A stretch of 63,786 nucleotides of DNA, the filler included, from Octopus bimaculoides (lineage: Eukaryota): assembly GCF_001194135.2 (NCBI RefSeq). It is 7 parts of 6 records of this genome, joined end to end, with 100 filler letters (N's around TTAATTAATTAA, not from the genome) between each part and the next. Parts side by side here need not be neighbours in the genome. Positions count along the whole stretch, not along the records: positions 26,577 to 44,968 come from NC_068997.1; positions 45,069 to 53,121 come from NC_068981.1; 5 more parts are not named here. One strand, written 5' to 3'. This document shows, piece by piece, positions 35,373 to 50,109 of the stretch (positions within the stretch are counted from its first letter, which is position 1; each line of letters opens with the position of its first letter). The notes under the pieces were generated by a model, which was not told the origin of the DNA, ran no database searches, and saw only the letters and a program-made list of their open reading frames with translations. The position numbers were made by a program, and so were the translations under genes.

Positions 35373-36758
35373 AATTGCTTTTAAAATCTGTAGCTGTTAA
35401 TTGTACGTTCCGTTTTACGATTTTCAAAGCAATCTAATTCATCAAAACCATATTATCGCCACTTCCATCACCACCGCTGCCGCCGCCGCGGGCGCCACCA
35501 CCACCACCGTCGCAACCACCTCATCGCCGACATCACTAACACACCAACACGCCCCACGATCATACCACCACCATCACCACCAAAACCCTACTATCTTCAT
35601 CACACTACCATTATCATCCACATTATCAGCCATCACGATTCAACTCCACTGTCGGAGGTGGGGCGTGGTGGGAGTGTTGATGTAAAAGATTGTGATAACG
35701 CCGGTGGTGGTGTGTTGAAGCAAATATATCGGGAGTATATTTATAGCTCCAGAATTCTGTATGTTTAAGAGAGGGGGATGTGGCGTTTCTTCAAAGATTC
35801 ACCATGGGGCCTTTTTATAGAGAAGGATGCCATAAAACTGTCTTTAATGGTCTTCGTTGACGAAAAATCTCTCCGAGTCAATCCTTCTGATCACAATTCC
35901 TTACCAAAATCTATATTCAATGTCAGAACCGTTACAGCTACATTCAACTTGCAATTCCTATACACATACATAACACAGTTATACATACACACACACATAC
36001 GTACATGCATGCATACATGCATACATGCATACATACATACACACATACATACATACATACATACATACATACAAGTGCATACACACATAATTATAATCAC
36101 ATACATAAATGCAAACTGAAACACATACACACACACACTCATATACATACATGCATACATACATACACACACTCATATACATACATACACACTCAGACAC
36201 ACTCATATACATATATACACACACACACTCATATACATACGTACATACATACACACACACACACTCATATACATACATACACATATTCATATACATACAT
36301 ACATACACAGTCGTATAGCCAATCGTATTTCACAAGCAACTTGCTCTTTATGCATGCGCCTTATTTGATTTATAAATTTATTCAATTATTTTGTTGGCAT
36401 GGCAGGGTGATGGAAGGGAACCACTATAGTATATATTTATTGGTTCAGTCGTGTGCGTGGCTGTCACATGGAACGTGTGCTTGCGCACGCATGTGCGTAA
36501 TTTTTCTCTCGTTTATATTCCATTTTCACTCCTTTAAGAGTTCACGTTTCTTCCCAGATCGATAAAAATAGACACAAGGACACACCCGCACTATACATCA
36601 TACACACATGCGCACAAACACACAAACACACATACATACACACACACAAAATAAACGACGGAACACATACACACACAAATACAACGTACACACACATATA
36701 CTCACACACATGTACACACGAAGGAAGCGTGTAGTTATGTGTATGCACACACGTGCCC

Positions 36759-36830
<72 letters not shown>

Positions 36831-37197
36831 GGGAAATAGTTAAGCATACAAATGGATTGAGTGATATGAGTGAACAGCAGTTACACATATATAGATCGAA
36901 GTTTTGATAGCTATAACCATATGCGTTTATATATACATACATATGCTTGTATTTGTGAAACTTTTATATCAATAAACTAAGCAGCATCAGTGTGGGTGTC
37001 GAAGTGTCGATGCATATCTACATGAAAGTGTAAACATATANNNNNNNNNNNNNNNNNNNNNNNNNNNNNNNNNNNNNNNNNNNNNNNNNNNNNNNNNNNN
37101 NNNNNNNNNNNNNNNNNNNNNNNNNNNNNNNNNNNNNNNNNNNNNNNNNNNNNNNNNNNNNNNNNNNNNNNNNNNNNNNNNNNNNNNNNNNNNNNNN

Positions 37198-37278
<81 letters not shown>

Positions 37279-37863
37279 GTGCGTGCATGTATGTATGTAT
37301 GTGTAACATAGATAGGTAACCGGTAACCACGTACTGAATGGCGCGCGCACGCTCAGAATTCTCAATGTATTGACATCTTTTAGTCAGAGAAAGTAAGCCA
37401 CAACCCATATGACTTCTACAGCTATGTTTCTATCATGTTGGACTTCATTAGCAGTGTATAGTCTTCTCAAGTCTGTTTGGATCAGTAGCCAGCAATTTTT
37501 AAACGTAGGAAAAGTGTTACAGGAAATTTTGGCCAGAAATTTTTGTTCAATTGTCAAAGAGTAACAGGAACTAACTGAAATGGGCTAAAAACATGGATTA
37601 AAAAAAAAAGTATTGTCTTGTCAATCAAACTTTGGAAGGAAATATTCATAAATGTAGAACCCTAATAGGACAAAATATGTCCATTGCTGGCATCTTCATG
37701 GTAATAAATATCCGATTTTACCTCCTAGATAAGAAAATTAAATTTACTATGAAATTAATTTTTAATTGCTGGAAATATTTCTTTTCTTTCAGACACGCTA
37801 ATAATTATTGCTTGATTTTAATTTTCTTGCATTCACAGGCAGATTTCAATTCATTGATTTTGT

Positions 37864-37924
<61 letters not shown>

Positions 37925-38700
37925 NNNNNNNNNNNNNNNNNNNNNNNNNNNNNNNNNNNNNNNNNNNNNNNNNNNNNNNNNNNNNNNNNNNNNNNNNNNN
38001 NNNNNNNNNNNNNNNNNNNNNNNNNNNNNNNNNNNNNNNNNNNNNNNNNNNNNNNNNNNNNNNNNNNNNNNNNNNNNNNNNNNNNNNNNNNNNNNNNNNN
38101 NNNNNNNNNNNNNNNNNNNNNNNNNNNNNNNNNNNNNNNNNNNNNNNNNNNNNNNNNNNNNNNNNNNNNNNNNNNNNNNNNNNNNNNNNNNNNNNNNNNN
38201 NNNNNNNNNNNNNNNNNNNNNNNNNNNNNNNNNNNNNNNNNNNNNNNNNNNNNNNNNNNNNNNNNNNNNNNNNNNNNNNNNNNNNNNNNNNNNNNNNNNN
38301 NNNNNNNNNNNNNNNNNNNNNNNNNNNNNNNNNNNNNNNNNNNNNNNNNNNNNNNNNNNNNNNNNNNNNNNNNNNNNNNNNNNNNNNNNNNNNNNNNNNN
38401 NNNNNNNNNNNNNNNNNNNNNNNNNNNNNNNNNNNNNNNNNNNNNNNNNNNNNNNNNNNNNNNNNNNNNNNNNNNNNNNNNNNNNNNNNNNNNNNNNNNN
38501 NNNNNNNNNNNNNNNNNNNNNNNNNNNNNNNNNNNNNNNNNNNNNNNNNNNNNNNNNNNNNNNNNNNNNNNNNNNNNNNNNNNNNNNNNNNNNNNNNNNN
38601 NNNNNNNNNNNNNNNNNNNNNNNNNNNNNNNNNNNNNNNNNNNNNNNNNNNNNNNNNNNNNNNNNNNNNNNNNNNNNNNNNNNNNNNNNNNNNNNNNNNN

Positions 38701-39350
38701 GTCGGCTATAGTAGAAGAACCCTCTCAAGGTGCCACGCAGTGGGACTGAACCCAGGACCATGTGTTCGAGAAGCAAGCTTCTCACCCCACAGCCACTCCA
38801 GGTGCATGGCTCACTAGTTAGAGCATCGGGTTCACAATCATAAGGTAATAATTTTTGTTCCCTGATGGAGTTGTGTATTATATTGTTGAGCAAGACACTT
38901 TATTTCACGTTGCTCCAGTTCCCTCAGCTGGCAAAAATTAGTTGCGATGTCACTGGTGCCAAGTCGTATCGGTCTTCGGTGGCGTGAAGAGGAGCGGCTG
39001 GTCTTCCTTGGGTGACTGCTGGTCTTCCATAAACAACCTTGCCGGGACTTGTACTTTGAAGGGTAGCTTTCTAGGTGCAATCCCATTCATGACCGAAGAG
39101 GTCTTCACCTTTAGCTTTATATACACATATATGTATACGTATATATCAATGTGTTTGCGTCTGTGTTTGCGTGTCTCCCCATCACTGCTTTTCAACCCGT
39201 GTGGGTGTGTTTACGTCCTCGTATCTAAGCGGTTCAGTAAAGAAACCGATAGAATAAGTGCTAGGCTTAAAAATAAGCCTTGTAGTCGATTTGTTCAACA
39301 AGACGGTGCTCCAGCATGGCCGCAATCAAATGAGTGAAACGATTAAAAGG
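38701..39350. mobile_element. SINE cluster: family A head (-, 38701-38805), family D (+, 38810-39110), family A tail (+, 39130-39350)
   Basis: Matches to the other copies in this window. Confidence 0.75.
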
Positions 39351-39370
39351 ATTGAAGAATATGTATATAC

Positions 39371-39452
<82 letters not shown>

Positions 39453-39718
39453 NNNNNNNNNNNNNNNNNNNNNNNNNNNNNNNNNNNNNNNNNNNNNNNN
39501 NNNNNNNNNNNNNNNNNNNNNNNNNNNNNNNNNNNNNNNNNNNNNNNNNNNNNNNNNNTGTAAGTATGTATGTATATATATTGTTGTGTCTGGGAAGAGT
39601 CATTCTCTTTTTGTGCCTTATTATTTAACAGACACTAAAAGAGAACGACTCTCCCCAGACAACAAAATATACTTCAACACACGAACTCACACAAGGAATC
39701 TTGCAAACCAAATACCAA

Positions 39719-39765
<47 letters not shown>

Positions 39766-39766
<1 letters not shown>

Positions 39767-40614
39767 GAGCTGATGTACCCGGTGATTCCCGGGAAAGCGG
39801 AGCTTATCCCTTGGTTCCGTTCTCATAATTGTTTCGCTAATCTAATAACAGCAATACAACGTATGTAGCCCCTAAAGCGGTTTTTGTGTATTTACAGAGA
39901 ATACCTAACTGTCTTACACAAGATTTTGTTTTTAGGAATTCGCAATAAGTTATGAATTCCCAAATTATGAAGACAGTTATGTAATAACATGGAATTAGTT
40001 ACCCGATAGTAAGAATTCAAATAAAGTGGCTCCGAAAAGGGCTTTAATGGCATTCCCAGAGTATATAGAACTTAGGAGGAAATACTAATAAGGTATGTAT
40101 ACTAAAATCGTGAAGCATGTTACGAAGAAAAAGGCTAATCAGATATGAGAGGATAACAATTCAAAGTAAATAACTCTGAAAAGGGCTTTTGTGCGTTCCC
40201 AAAGAATATTATTACCCTCAGCGGCGCTGGTGTTGGTATATTTGTGAATAAATCACTAACCGAATTAAGTGGATCTATTGTTTAAGGGATGTCCTGGATA
40301 AATTGCGAAAATAATTTTAATAGTTCAAATGCTAAGAAATAAGCATACTCAGTTTTGTTTATACCAAATGATTTAGAAAAATGAATGGGTTAAAATGACT
40401 GTTAAAATGAAATATATTAGATATATACAAGGATCCCTTCCAGGGGCCCTATTATCGATTTTTTTCTTCAACAATCTGAGTATGCCATGAGTTTTCCAGA
40501 CATGCGTCTACTCATGTGTCAAGTTTTATCAAAATCGATAAAACGATGTAAGAGGAGTTTGCAAAAAACTCCACAAACACACCTACAGACAGAATTTCCC
40601 ACATATGTAGTAGA
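39766..40614 (-). mobile_element. Non-autonomous Helitron, about 850 bp
   Basis: Minus-strand 5' end A|TCTACTAC, subterminal GC hairpin CCCGG/CCGGG at 39778-39793 and 3' end CTCG|T (variant of CTAG); inserted between A and T. Confidence 0.65.
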
Positions 40615-41316
40615 TATATATAATACATTTGCTGTTTTGAAGGTACAGCAATGCGCTTACACGGCAGAATGTCCAGTTTCCATTTGGAATTGTTTTGATA
40701 TTTACTCTATGTAGATTATATTTTTGCGGGAGGATAACGAGGAGCTATTTATGTGAACAGTATATCACGGTATGACGCCCTAATTTGCATATTACTGCGG
40801 TGGCCACATTGGTAATACCCATACCTTTCAAAGTACAATTTAATTCCGGCTCTTTACAGACATTCGTGGTATAAATTACAGCATAAATATCCCTTTTTTT
40901 AGTTAGGTAGTTCTTTTTTTTTTTTGGTAGCCCTTTTTCATTGTAAATGAAGCCGTTTTGGTGTAGGACCATTCAATTACCTCCAGTTCAGCAATTCAAC
41001 TTAGAAGATTATAGGTTGAAGCCGTAACATAGAACTAATATTACGAATTGTTTCCATACGAAATGTTCTAAGAATCCACTATGTAAAAATGTCTGCGCGC
41101 TGCCATTTTGATGTGCTCATAAAATTATCTGTGATTTTGTATTATAAATTTTCATATAATGTACAACTTTTCACCAGAACAAACGTGGGGAGTGGGGTGC
41201 ATTTGTATATGTTTCAATTTACAAACAGGAGAGAAAAAAACTTAAATACCCTGCGTTTCCTACACGAAACTGTAACAACAGATGGGTTCCACAGCTTTCA
41301 ATAAATGAATATGCAT

Positions 41317-41354
<38 letters not shown>

Positions 41355-41391
41355 ATGCATATATAAATAGACATAGATAGATCGATAGATG

Positions 41392-41428
<37 letters not shown>

Positions 41429-41599
41429 NNNNNNNNNNNNNNNNNNNNNNNNNNNNNNNNNNNNNNNNNNNNNNNNNNNNNNNNNNNNNNNNNNNNNNNN
41501 NNNNNNNNNNNNNNNNNNNNNNNNNNNNNNNNNNNNNNNNNNNNNNNNNNNNNNNNNATACATATGTATATATATAAATTATATGTATACTTATATATA

Positions 41600-42075
41600 T
41601 ATACACACATCTAAAAAATTAGAAGATACAATTTTTAAAGAATTATTGCTCGTTTCTTCTTTGAACATTTGGTTATCGAAGAAGTTTCCTTCTAGCTGTT
41701 CTGCCATAGTAGCCAAGCTGATAGAGACACTTTGGAGACAACCTCACAGAAGTACTCCAACCCATTTGGAGTTGCTCGGCAACATCAGCTGCCTTACATC
41801 GGGGATTACTTTCAACAATGTTTGACAGCCCAAAGATATCTGTGAGAGGGGCCCAGGTCGGCCTGAGCGGGATACTGTTGATTCCTTTCCTTTGCTGGTG
41901 AATTGCACAATCACTCTGTTGACTGCGGCAAAGAGGAATCCCAAGGTTTTGTGTAATCTTGCGCTGGCTAAGTCCACCCTAGATTGACCTACTGTACGTC
42001 CGCTTTGAAAATCAGACGACTCTTTTGCGTCTGATATTTGCGGCATGACTAGTTGCTATAAACAGTTGTAATCCG
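41600..42075 (-). mobile_element. Degraded LINE fragment (region just upstream of RT)
   Basis: ORF 41744-42046 ending in ...RPGPLSQIS...WVGVLL, weakly resembling the pre-RT PGPD region. Confidence 0.35.
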
Positions 42076-42086
42076 TAAGAGCTATC

Positions 42087-42118
<32 letters not shown>

Positions 42119-42240
42119 AGAAAGAGAGAGACAGAGTATGTGTGTGTTCGTGTGAGTGTGTGAGTGTGTATGTATGTGTGTATGTATGTATGTCTGTATA
42201 TGTGTGTGTCTGCGTGTGTATGTGTATGTACGTGTGTATA

Positions 42241-43480
42241 CAGTGACGTACGAACAGTTTTTAGACTCACATTGATTTTTCGTTTTCCCTAATTAAATAT
42301 GTCCTCTCTTCTTTGCAAGTACGAATATGAATTGCGCTTTTAGACTAATATTAGCATTAATTTGATAAAAATACTGCGATGAAAACTATTGTAAAACAAG
42401 ATATCGATGAATTTACACTCAGGCAAGTCATCGGATGATATCAATGTGGAAAGTCCATTTTAAAAATCGATCACTTTTTTTTTGGTATTAATCATCGATC
42501 AGCAAATAATGTAGTCAAGCGATGGAATAAAAAAGGCATTGCCAAATGAGGATGGGAACTGTAAGGCCGCAAAAAGTTTCTGAGAGGGCGAGGAGGGTAG
42601 TTAAGAGGCAAATTATAATACATTGATCTGCAACTGCTAGAGAGGTTAAATATCCTTCAGATATTGCACTCTATTGCATAACAACAGTATCGAAAAAAGT
42701 CTTTGGACATAAACAAGGAGCTGCAAGAAAGAAGTCAAATATTTGAAAAACTAATAAGTTCAAATGATTCAGCTGGAGCAACAAGCAAGACAAGTCTTGG
42801 TGGTCAATAATATGATCTGGGGGGAAGAAAATTCTGTCGATTTTCCAATTCGAGGTAACGAAACTGAAACATGTGAGCTGGATTGTTTGCAAGAAAAGGT
42901 TAAACATGGGGGTGAGGGCAAAGTTATAGTATGGCGGATAGTTTAGGTAGTAGAAAACATCCGAGCTGCTTTCAGTGAAATATCAATTACATGGAGGGGG
43001 GGGATAAACTGTAAAATACTTGAAAGGGATGTATTACCCACCCATTTCAGTGTTGGAATTCATGCGGAGACCAATCTTTTACGGGAAGATAGAACCCTCA
43101 TGACAAACAAGTAAAATATCGAAAGCTTGGGAAGGGACTCACGAAACAGAATCTCTGAAACGGGTTGCTCAGAGCACTGGCTTTAATCTGATATGACACG
43201 CATGAGAAAACCTTCAGAGAAGATTACAAGACTGTGGAAATCAAATCAGTTACATCAGCTGCAGAGCTACAAGATGCGGTGACTGAGGAGTGCATATACA
43301 TAGATTAGACTAATATTGAAAATTTAATCATATCAGGGGGAAACCGTGATATTAGTTAAAGGAGAGCCCCTGTGAGACAAAATTTCCTTCATTTTGGACA
43401 ATCTTCTATGAAGTTATTAGACATTACATTTCTGTTGTATTTTATTACGCTGCTTAAAAAGATATTGTAGGCCTATATAT
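42241..43480 (+). mobile_element. Heavily degraded Tc1-family transposon
   Basis: Starts TA-CAGTG; KHGGEGKVIVW motif (Tc1 KHGGGSVMVWG-like); degenerate downstream DDE segments. Confidence 0.65.
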
Positions 43481-44684
43481 AAAAAGTTTATTGATGTAAG
43501 ATTTAGAGAGAAAGAGATTGAGAGGAATATAAAGTGTTTAGCAGAGGTAAATTTTAAAATCATATACATTGTGACTGAAAATGAAATAACTTAGCAAAAT
43601 AACCGATGCTATACTTTTAAAATTTGCAATAGAATTGAAACTAATCATGTAAGCAAAAACATGTAAGTAAATACCAACGAATGATATGTGTATTAAATAT
43701 TGCATAGATTGTTATTGTATATTTTTGTATCATTTTTAGCATTACAAGCAACAACCAAATTTATATGCAATAAAAATGTAAATTATAACAAAGAAGGTAA
43801 GAGAAGTGATGCGAGACAGTAGATGTTTATTCCATACGTTTACAGTTGTTTCATAGTCTTATTAGTAATATAATAAATCTTACATCAACATTAACACACA
43901 TATAAAATATACATATATACAAACATGTATAAATAGATAAAATATATATGCGTGTGTATACCCATGTATAGAAGAGTACAGATACGAGGGCCAACAGACC
44001 AATCTTCAGAACGCTACATGATGATTGAGAAGAGAGAAAGGATCCGGGAATCCAGGCAGTTACCTCAGGCAGCACTCCTGCGAACATTGTTTAGAAAAAT
44101 GTGTAAGAATCGTAATTTTTCCAGTAGAAACATTAATTTTAGACCAACTAAAAATCTAGAAGCTTACCCTTAGTTGCGGAGTACAAATAACAAGTGAAGA
44201 ATGATGCTGTTGGTATTAAATATATTCCCTAGTTTACAATTATTTCAGTAACGTAAGTGTAACTAATCATGTATGTTTAAAGACATAGAAGCGAGCAATG
44301 AAACTGTTCACAAGGGTTGCAACTAGATAACTGTGGGTCAATCATTATATAAAACAAATTATATAATCGATATGACTGCATCATTACTCTCTTCCATATC
44401 TTCAAGTATATTATATGATAAGTCGCCCTAAGTTATTGAAACAATTGAAAACCATGGAATAGGTGTAATACCAACAACTCTATACCTCACGTGTTATATA
44501 TGTGTATACATATATACGTACAGATAGATAGATAGATCGATAGATAGATAGATAGACAGACAGACAACAGACATACAGATTAATAGATGTATAGATTAAT
44601 ATGTATATATATGTCTGTGTAGGTATTTGTGAACTTCTAAACATACTGCGACAAAATTGTTAGTGTTTCTAAGTTATATAACAT

Positions 44685-44900
44685 ATCTTACTCTTTTACT
44701 TTTTTACTTGTTTCAGTCATTTGACTGCGACCATGCTGGAGCACCGCCTTTAGTCGAGCAAATCGACCCAGGACTTATTCTTTGTAAGCTTAGTACTTAT
44801 TCTATTGATCACTTTTGCCGGACCGCTAAGTTACGGGGACATAAACACACCACCACGAGTTGTCAAGCGATGTTGGGGAGGGACAGACACAGACACACAA
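44685..44900 (-). mobile_element. SINE family A 3' half
   Basis: TTTTACTTGTTTCAGTCATTTGACTGCGACCATGCTGGAGCACCGCC...TAAGTTACGGGGAC. Confidence 0.85.
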
Positions 44901-44916
44901 ATATATATACACACAC

Positions 44917-44968
<52 letters not shown>

Positions 44969-45399
44969 NNNNNNNNNNNNNNNNNNNNNNNNNNNNNNNN
45001 NNNNNNNNNNNNTTAATTAATTAANNNNNNNNNNNNNNNNNNNNNNNNNNNNNNNNNNNNNNNNNNNNATATATTGTGAAGTATATTTACCACCTAAATG
45101 TGGCTGACCCATAAGAGACTGTAATTTACCGCCCCACGAAGACCTCTCTTCCAGCTGGCTATTGACACGCTGTCTGTGCACTATCAGTATTTGCAAAATG
45201 GGAATCATCGTTCTCCTTTCCATCCTGATGTGATACACACAGACCCGAGTTTCTGGATAATAACCCTTGTTACCCGGAAACTCGTGTCCGTGTTTATCAC
45301 CTGATGCTGGAGATGGGAATGAGGATTTCCCTTTGCAAATGCTGATAGGGCAGAGACAGTGTGTCAATAGCCAGCTGGGGTAGAGGCCTTCCTATAATT

Positions 45400-46330
45400 T
45401 CATTCACTTGTTTACACTTTTAACAACTTCAAACTATTCTTCAAACAATGGATCGGTCCAGACGCGTTTCCAATTTTCGAAACATTCCTGGGATTCTTGT
45501 AATGTGATTCCTTTTAACGCCTCGGACGTTTTTTACTTCACTTCTTTCACATCTGCAAAAAGTTTACTCTTAAGGTTTTTTTTTTTTTCATTCGGGATAA
45601 CAAAAGAAGTCGCGTGGAAAAAGAACTGGTGAATAGGGTAGATAACAGCACCATACGTGGGTGAAGACCTTCTTTAGCCCCTACTACTGCTTTCGGCGCT
45701 TGACATTTTTCTAGAGAACCCATTTCTCGTCACCAGTCACTATTCTGTCCAAAAAAGTTTCATTCGTGAGACGTAAAAGAAAAGAAGAGTACACATTCAC
45801 TCGCTGTTCGCGATTAGACTCGGACAGTTTAAGAAGAACTCATTGACCCAATTTGCTGACTTTTACGATAGCACACGTATGACGATGAACGGTTGAATTA
45901 CCAAATTCAAGTTTCTCTGCTAGTTCCTCAACAATTACGATAGTATTTTGTTTCACCAGTGTTTGCAGGACGTCCTCGTCGAGCTCTACAGATCTTTCAG
46001 TACAAGCTCATCGTATAGGATGTAGTTTCCGGCTCGGAATTTCTAGAACCACCATTGACACTGGCTTACATTTATTATCTGATCCCCATATACTGCTTCA
46101 ATATTCCTCGCACTTTCCATTGCATTGTTTCCTGTATTGAACTCATATGGCAAAATATGCTGAATATGCTCCTTTGTCACTTCCATTATAACTTTGAGAA
46201 AATAAGTGTTAAGATCGAAATGCACTCTTCTAGACTTGCACTAAAAATGAAAATATGGTAAAATTATTACCTGCTTTCATAGCAAGTTAATGCAGGTAGT
46301 TTATCCTCTATCTCTCCAACTTTTAGTTCA
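45400..46330 (-). mobile_element. Mariner (Hsmar1/SETMAR-like) transposase fossil
   Basis: MEVTKEHIQHILPYEFNTGNNAMESARNIEAVYG...QWWF and FLDRIVTGDEKW on the minus strand. Confidence 0.85.
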
Positions 46331-47299
46331 TGCAATTGAAAAAAAACACCACATTATTTATGACATGACAAAATAAATAAAGTGGACGTATACAGATAAA
46401 AAATTAATTTCCTGTCTTCATATTAATTTTGTTTCATTTTGAAACATAAATAAATCTTTTATGGTTTATTATTCTTTAAATTTTGAATTACACATATATG
46501 GGGATACCCAAATCTTTAAAATTCTGAGAGCCTCTATGGATCTTAATCCAGCCCTCTATACAGTAGCTGTTCGAACACATGATTATTAGTTAATAGCTTT
46601 ATATATTGTAATCAATAAAAGCAGAGAAAATTGTTTTCAAATATAACTAAATTGAAAGTATACAAAAATAAACATTATTTCTCATCTTACTGTTAATTTT
46701 GTTTCATCTGGAAAAATAAAAATTTATGTTATGGTTTATTAGTGTTTATATTTCGAATTACACACATATCGGATGGTTGTTTGGGTAGACGAAACTTTTT
46801 TTTTTCAAGTTAGGGACTCTATGGGTCTTAATCCAGCTCTGGGTTAACGATTTGACAAGGAGGAACAAATTCTGTTTGGAGAATTCCTTTCGCATGTATG
46901 AAACAAATCATCGTCTTCACATTGGACTTCACTTGACGCGCTTTTTTCAGGGTTGGTGATATTGAATGTTTCCATTTACTTTATTGCTGCTTCATTTCCG
47001 TGTTGTAGCCGTACCACTATCTTTCGTGACCAGTGATGACATTCGGCAAGCGGTCCGGCTCAATTTCCAACTGTTCTTTTCGTTCACGACACACATTTAG
47101 TCGTGACTGATTTTGATCTTCCGCGAGCAAGCAAGGCATGCATTTTGCTGCAACTTATTCATTCGCAATTTCCATCTCAAATTTCATCGGCAGGATCTCC
47201 AGAACACACCAGTCATTGCAACAAGTTCGACAACATTTTGAGGACGCTCTTTCAAGATCAGTTCATGAATTTTCATGATATGTTTATTTATTCCGGGGC

Positions 47300-48410
47300 A
47301 GGGGACAATGATCTCCCTGAATTTGGATATTCTTCAAGCAAAATATGGCAATCTCTAAAGCGTGAAAACAACACATACACTAATATGTCATATTATATCA
47401 TTTCGGCAACATCATTTAACCAGCAAGTGTCGAAGTGCATCCCTTGACAAAGTTTACATACGTAAGGCTGATAACATCACGAGACTTGGAATGCAACAAC
47501 TTGAGGAGCATTCCTTATCTCATAACCTTCAATACATTCACACAGAAAGCGCACGTCTCTACCACAATCACATGAAAGCATGAGTAAATACAAGCAGAAG
47601 ATCACACATGGATATGTTATTAGAAAGCTCCGTGATAATGGTGACATTGATCATCGATGCAGTCTATCGTGGACCAACAACCGGTTTACTAAATCCACTT
47701 AGAATGGTATATATTTGCAATCCAGGAACAGGAGCTATCATCCAAATACCTGATACACAAAAGGGACAGGGATGCAGGAAAAGTTGTTAAATATGATAAA
47801 CGATGCAGACTTTGTGGAGTTGACATCAAAAATATCACACACATCGTCGGCATTGATCCGTAAATGTCATCACTGTTTGATCTACCGATGAGACATGATG
47901 TTGTAGCTCGGAAACTGTATAATGAGATCCGTCGGAAGGATAACCACGAGGACAAAGAAATAAGAACCCACGGTTTATTGGAAGCTATAGTCAATCATAA
48001 AAAAGGTGTATTGGAGGAATAGCACAGTAAAAACCTCAATAAAATGTAAACACAATACACTTCATATAATTATTTGGGACAAAAAAGAGAAACTGCGCAC
48101 TGTTGTCGACATCAAATGTCCTGCAGATGTAAACATACAGCTAAAGTTCAGCGAAAAAGGCTGAACTATTCAAAAGTCTGCCGTTACTCTATTCATGTTA
48201 CAAGTCCAGGTTTATACCTCTTATTATTGGAGCATTGAGATACGTACCACACTGCCTAAATACCAAACTTGAGAAATTAGGATTCACGAAACCCGAAAGG
48301 AGAAAGCTGATTCACAAACTACAGATCCAAGTCATAGCTGAAACTGTAAATGAGTAAAACTTACCAGAGGTTTACCATTTAAGTATATATCATCATGTCT
48401 AGGTATGCAA
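47300..48410 (+). mobile_element. RLE-type non-LTR retrotransposon 3' portion, degraded
   Basis: RCRLCG...ITHI...MRHDVVARKLY, IIWD, IPLIIGAL remnants; its 3' end is homologous to 56975-57205. Confidence 0.7.
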
Positions 48411-50109
48411 CTATACGCAAGGAAGTATATGCATAAAACAAAACATACAAACCTGCACGTATCCATGCATACATATATATTTAATACATACATACACACA
48501 TGCATACATACATACATAGATGCATACATACATACATACATACATACATACATACATACATACATGCATGTACGCATACATACAGAAATGCCTTGTTGAT
48601 GTTAGAAACCGACTTTCTCTCTCTCTTTTGGCAAGATATCTCGAAATAAAACTGAATTGCATACATATATACACACAAAAACACATACGTACATACATAC
48701 GTACGTACATATATAGGTACGTACGTGCGTACTTACATGCATACATGCATGCAGGTATCCATCCATCTATCCATACTTATATACATGCATACATATATAC
48801 ATACATATGATGTGGATGACTGTAAACTATCTAATTGTGAATGTACTACATGTGATAGTCAGCCAAGAATGTGTCACTCGAATGTTTACATTGTGAAGAC
48901 GGTGTTTGCCGCCTATTTTACTACGAAGATATAAGTGAAAGTCTACAATAGCTGAGATATATCCTGCCGCATGCGTACACAGCGCGAGTGATAAAGAAGT
49001 CTCCTTCCTCCCACATAAACACATACGCAGAGAAAAAAATCTATTTATACACGTCTGTAGACGTGTGAGTGAGTTTGTTGTGTATACATGTAGTTTATAT
49101 ATGCTGATTAACCGACCTATTATTCCGAAGTTTATCCGATATGCATATGCAGGTAAGAACATGTGCAGTGAGACATTTTGCTGGGATTTGTTGACTAGTT
49201 ATATTTTGGAAAAGTGGGTTTTCAAAAGACTACTTGTGTATTCACCCTACCATTTCTCTAAGCATACATTTATTCACGGTACAACGCTTTATATACCAAC
49301 CTATCTATTTCAGATTAGAGTGTGTCGAAAGAACTCAGAAGTAAATGACAAGTGGATTAGTTAAACAAATCTGTTACACATTTCTTTGGTATTCTGTGAA
49401 TGTTTATGTAGTTTTGACAAAATACTGCCAGCTACATCAAAGATAGTATTCAATAATACTTCCAAAAAACAATCAATAGAAACACTGACTGACTGAAATA
49501 TATTCTGGTTCGAACTGATTGAAAAAGAAGTAAAGTTTATGCCACAGCTTGGTCGTAGGGCAATGATTGCCATCAATGAAACAAAAATAAGCGTATTTTA
49601 GTATATTTACCAATGCATACAAATGTATATAGACAACACACATATACACACACTCACACAAATACACACATACACATACGAACACACACAGTCATAGACA
49701 TTACGTGTATAGCAATCTGTATATATATCTTAATATGTGTTGGCTGTGAGAAAGCCATACTGCAGTTTTCGCCTTGTGAGAATAACTCTCATAAACGCAT
49801 GTTGCTAAGAAGCTGTAATTTCGAGAGCTCGTTACTATCCTCTACGGCACATTTTCTAAAGAGGAATACCGTTATTTGTTGCGTTTTTACATTTTATACT
49901 TGTAAGTTGGATGAACATAATACTATTCGCTACAAATACTACTTCAGTCGCTAGTAACAAAAAATACATAAAAACATAAATACATACATACATACATACA
50001 TACATACATACATGCATGCATGCATGCATGCATACATACATACATACATACATACATACATACATACATACATACATACATACATACATACATAAAGAAC
50101 TAGGGCCGT

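Noticed and set aside
41240-41295. Minus-strand ACCC..CTGTTGT..TAC..GTA-GGAAACGCA-GGGT
   Set aside because: The core is too degenerate to call a hammerhead.
48808-48934. DVDDCKLSNCECTTCDSQPRMC, reminiscent of a calcium-binding EGF start
   Set aside because: No AG acceptor before it and the cysteine spacing does not fit EGF.
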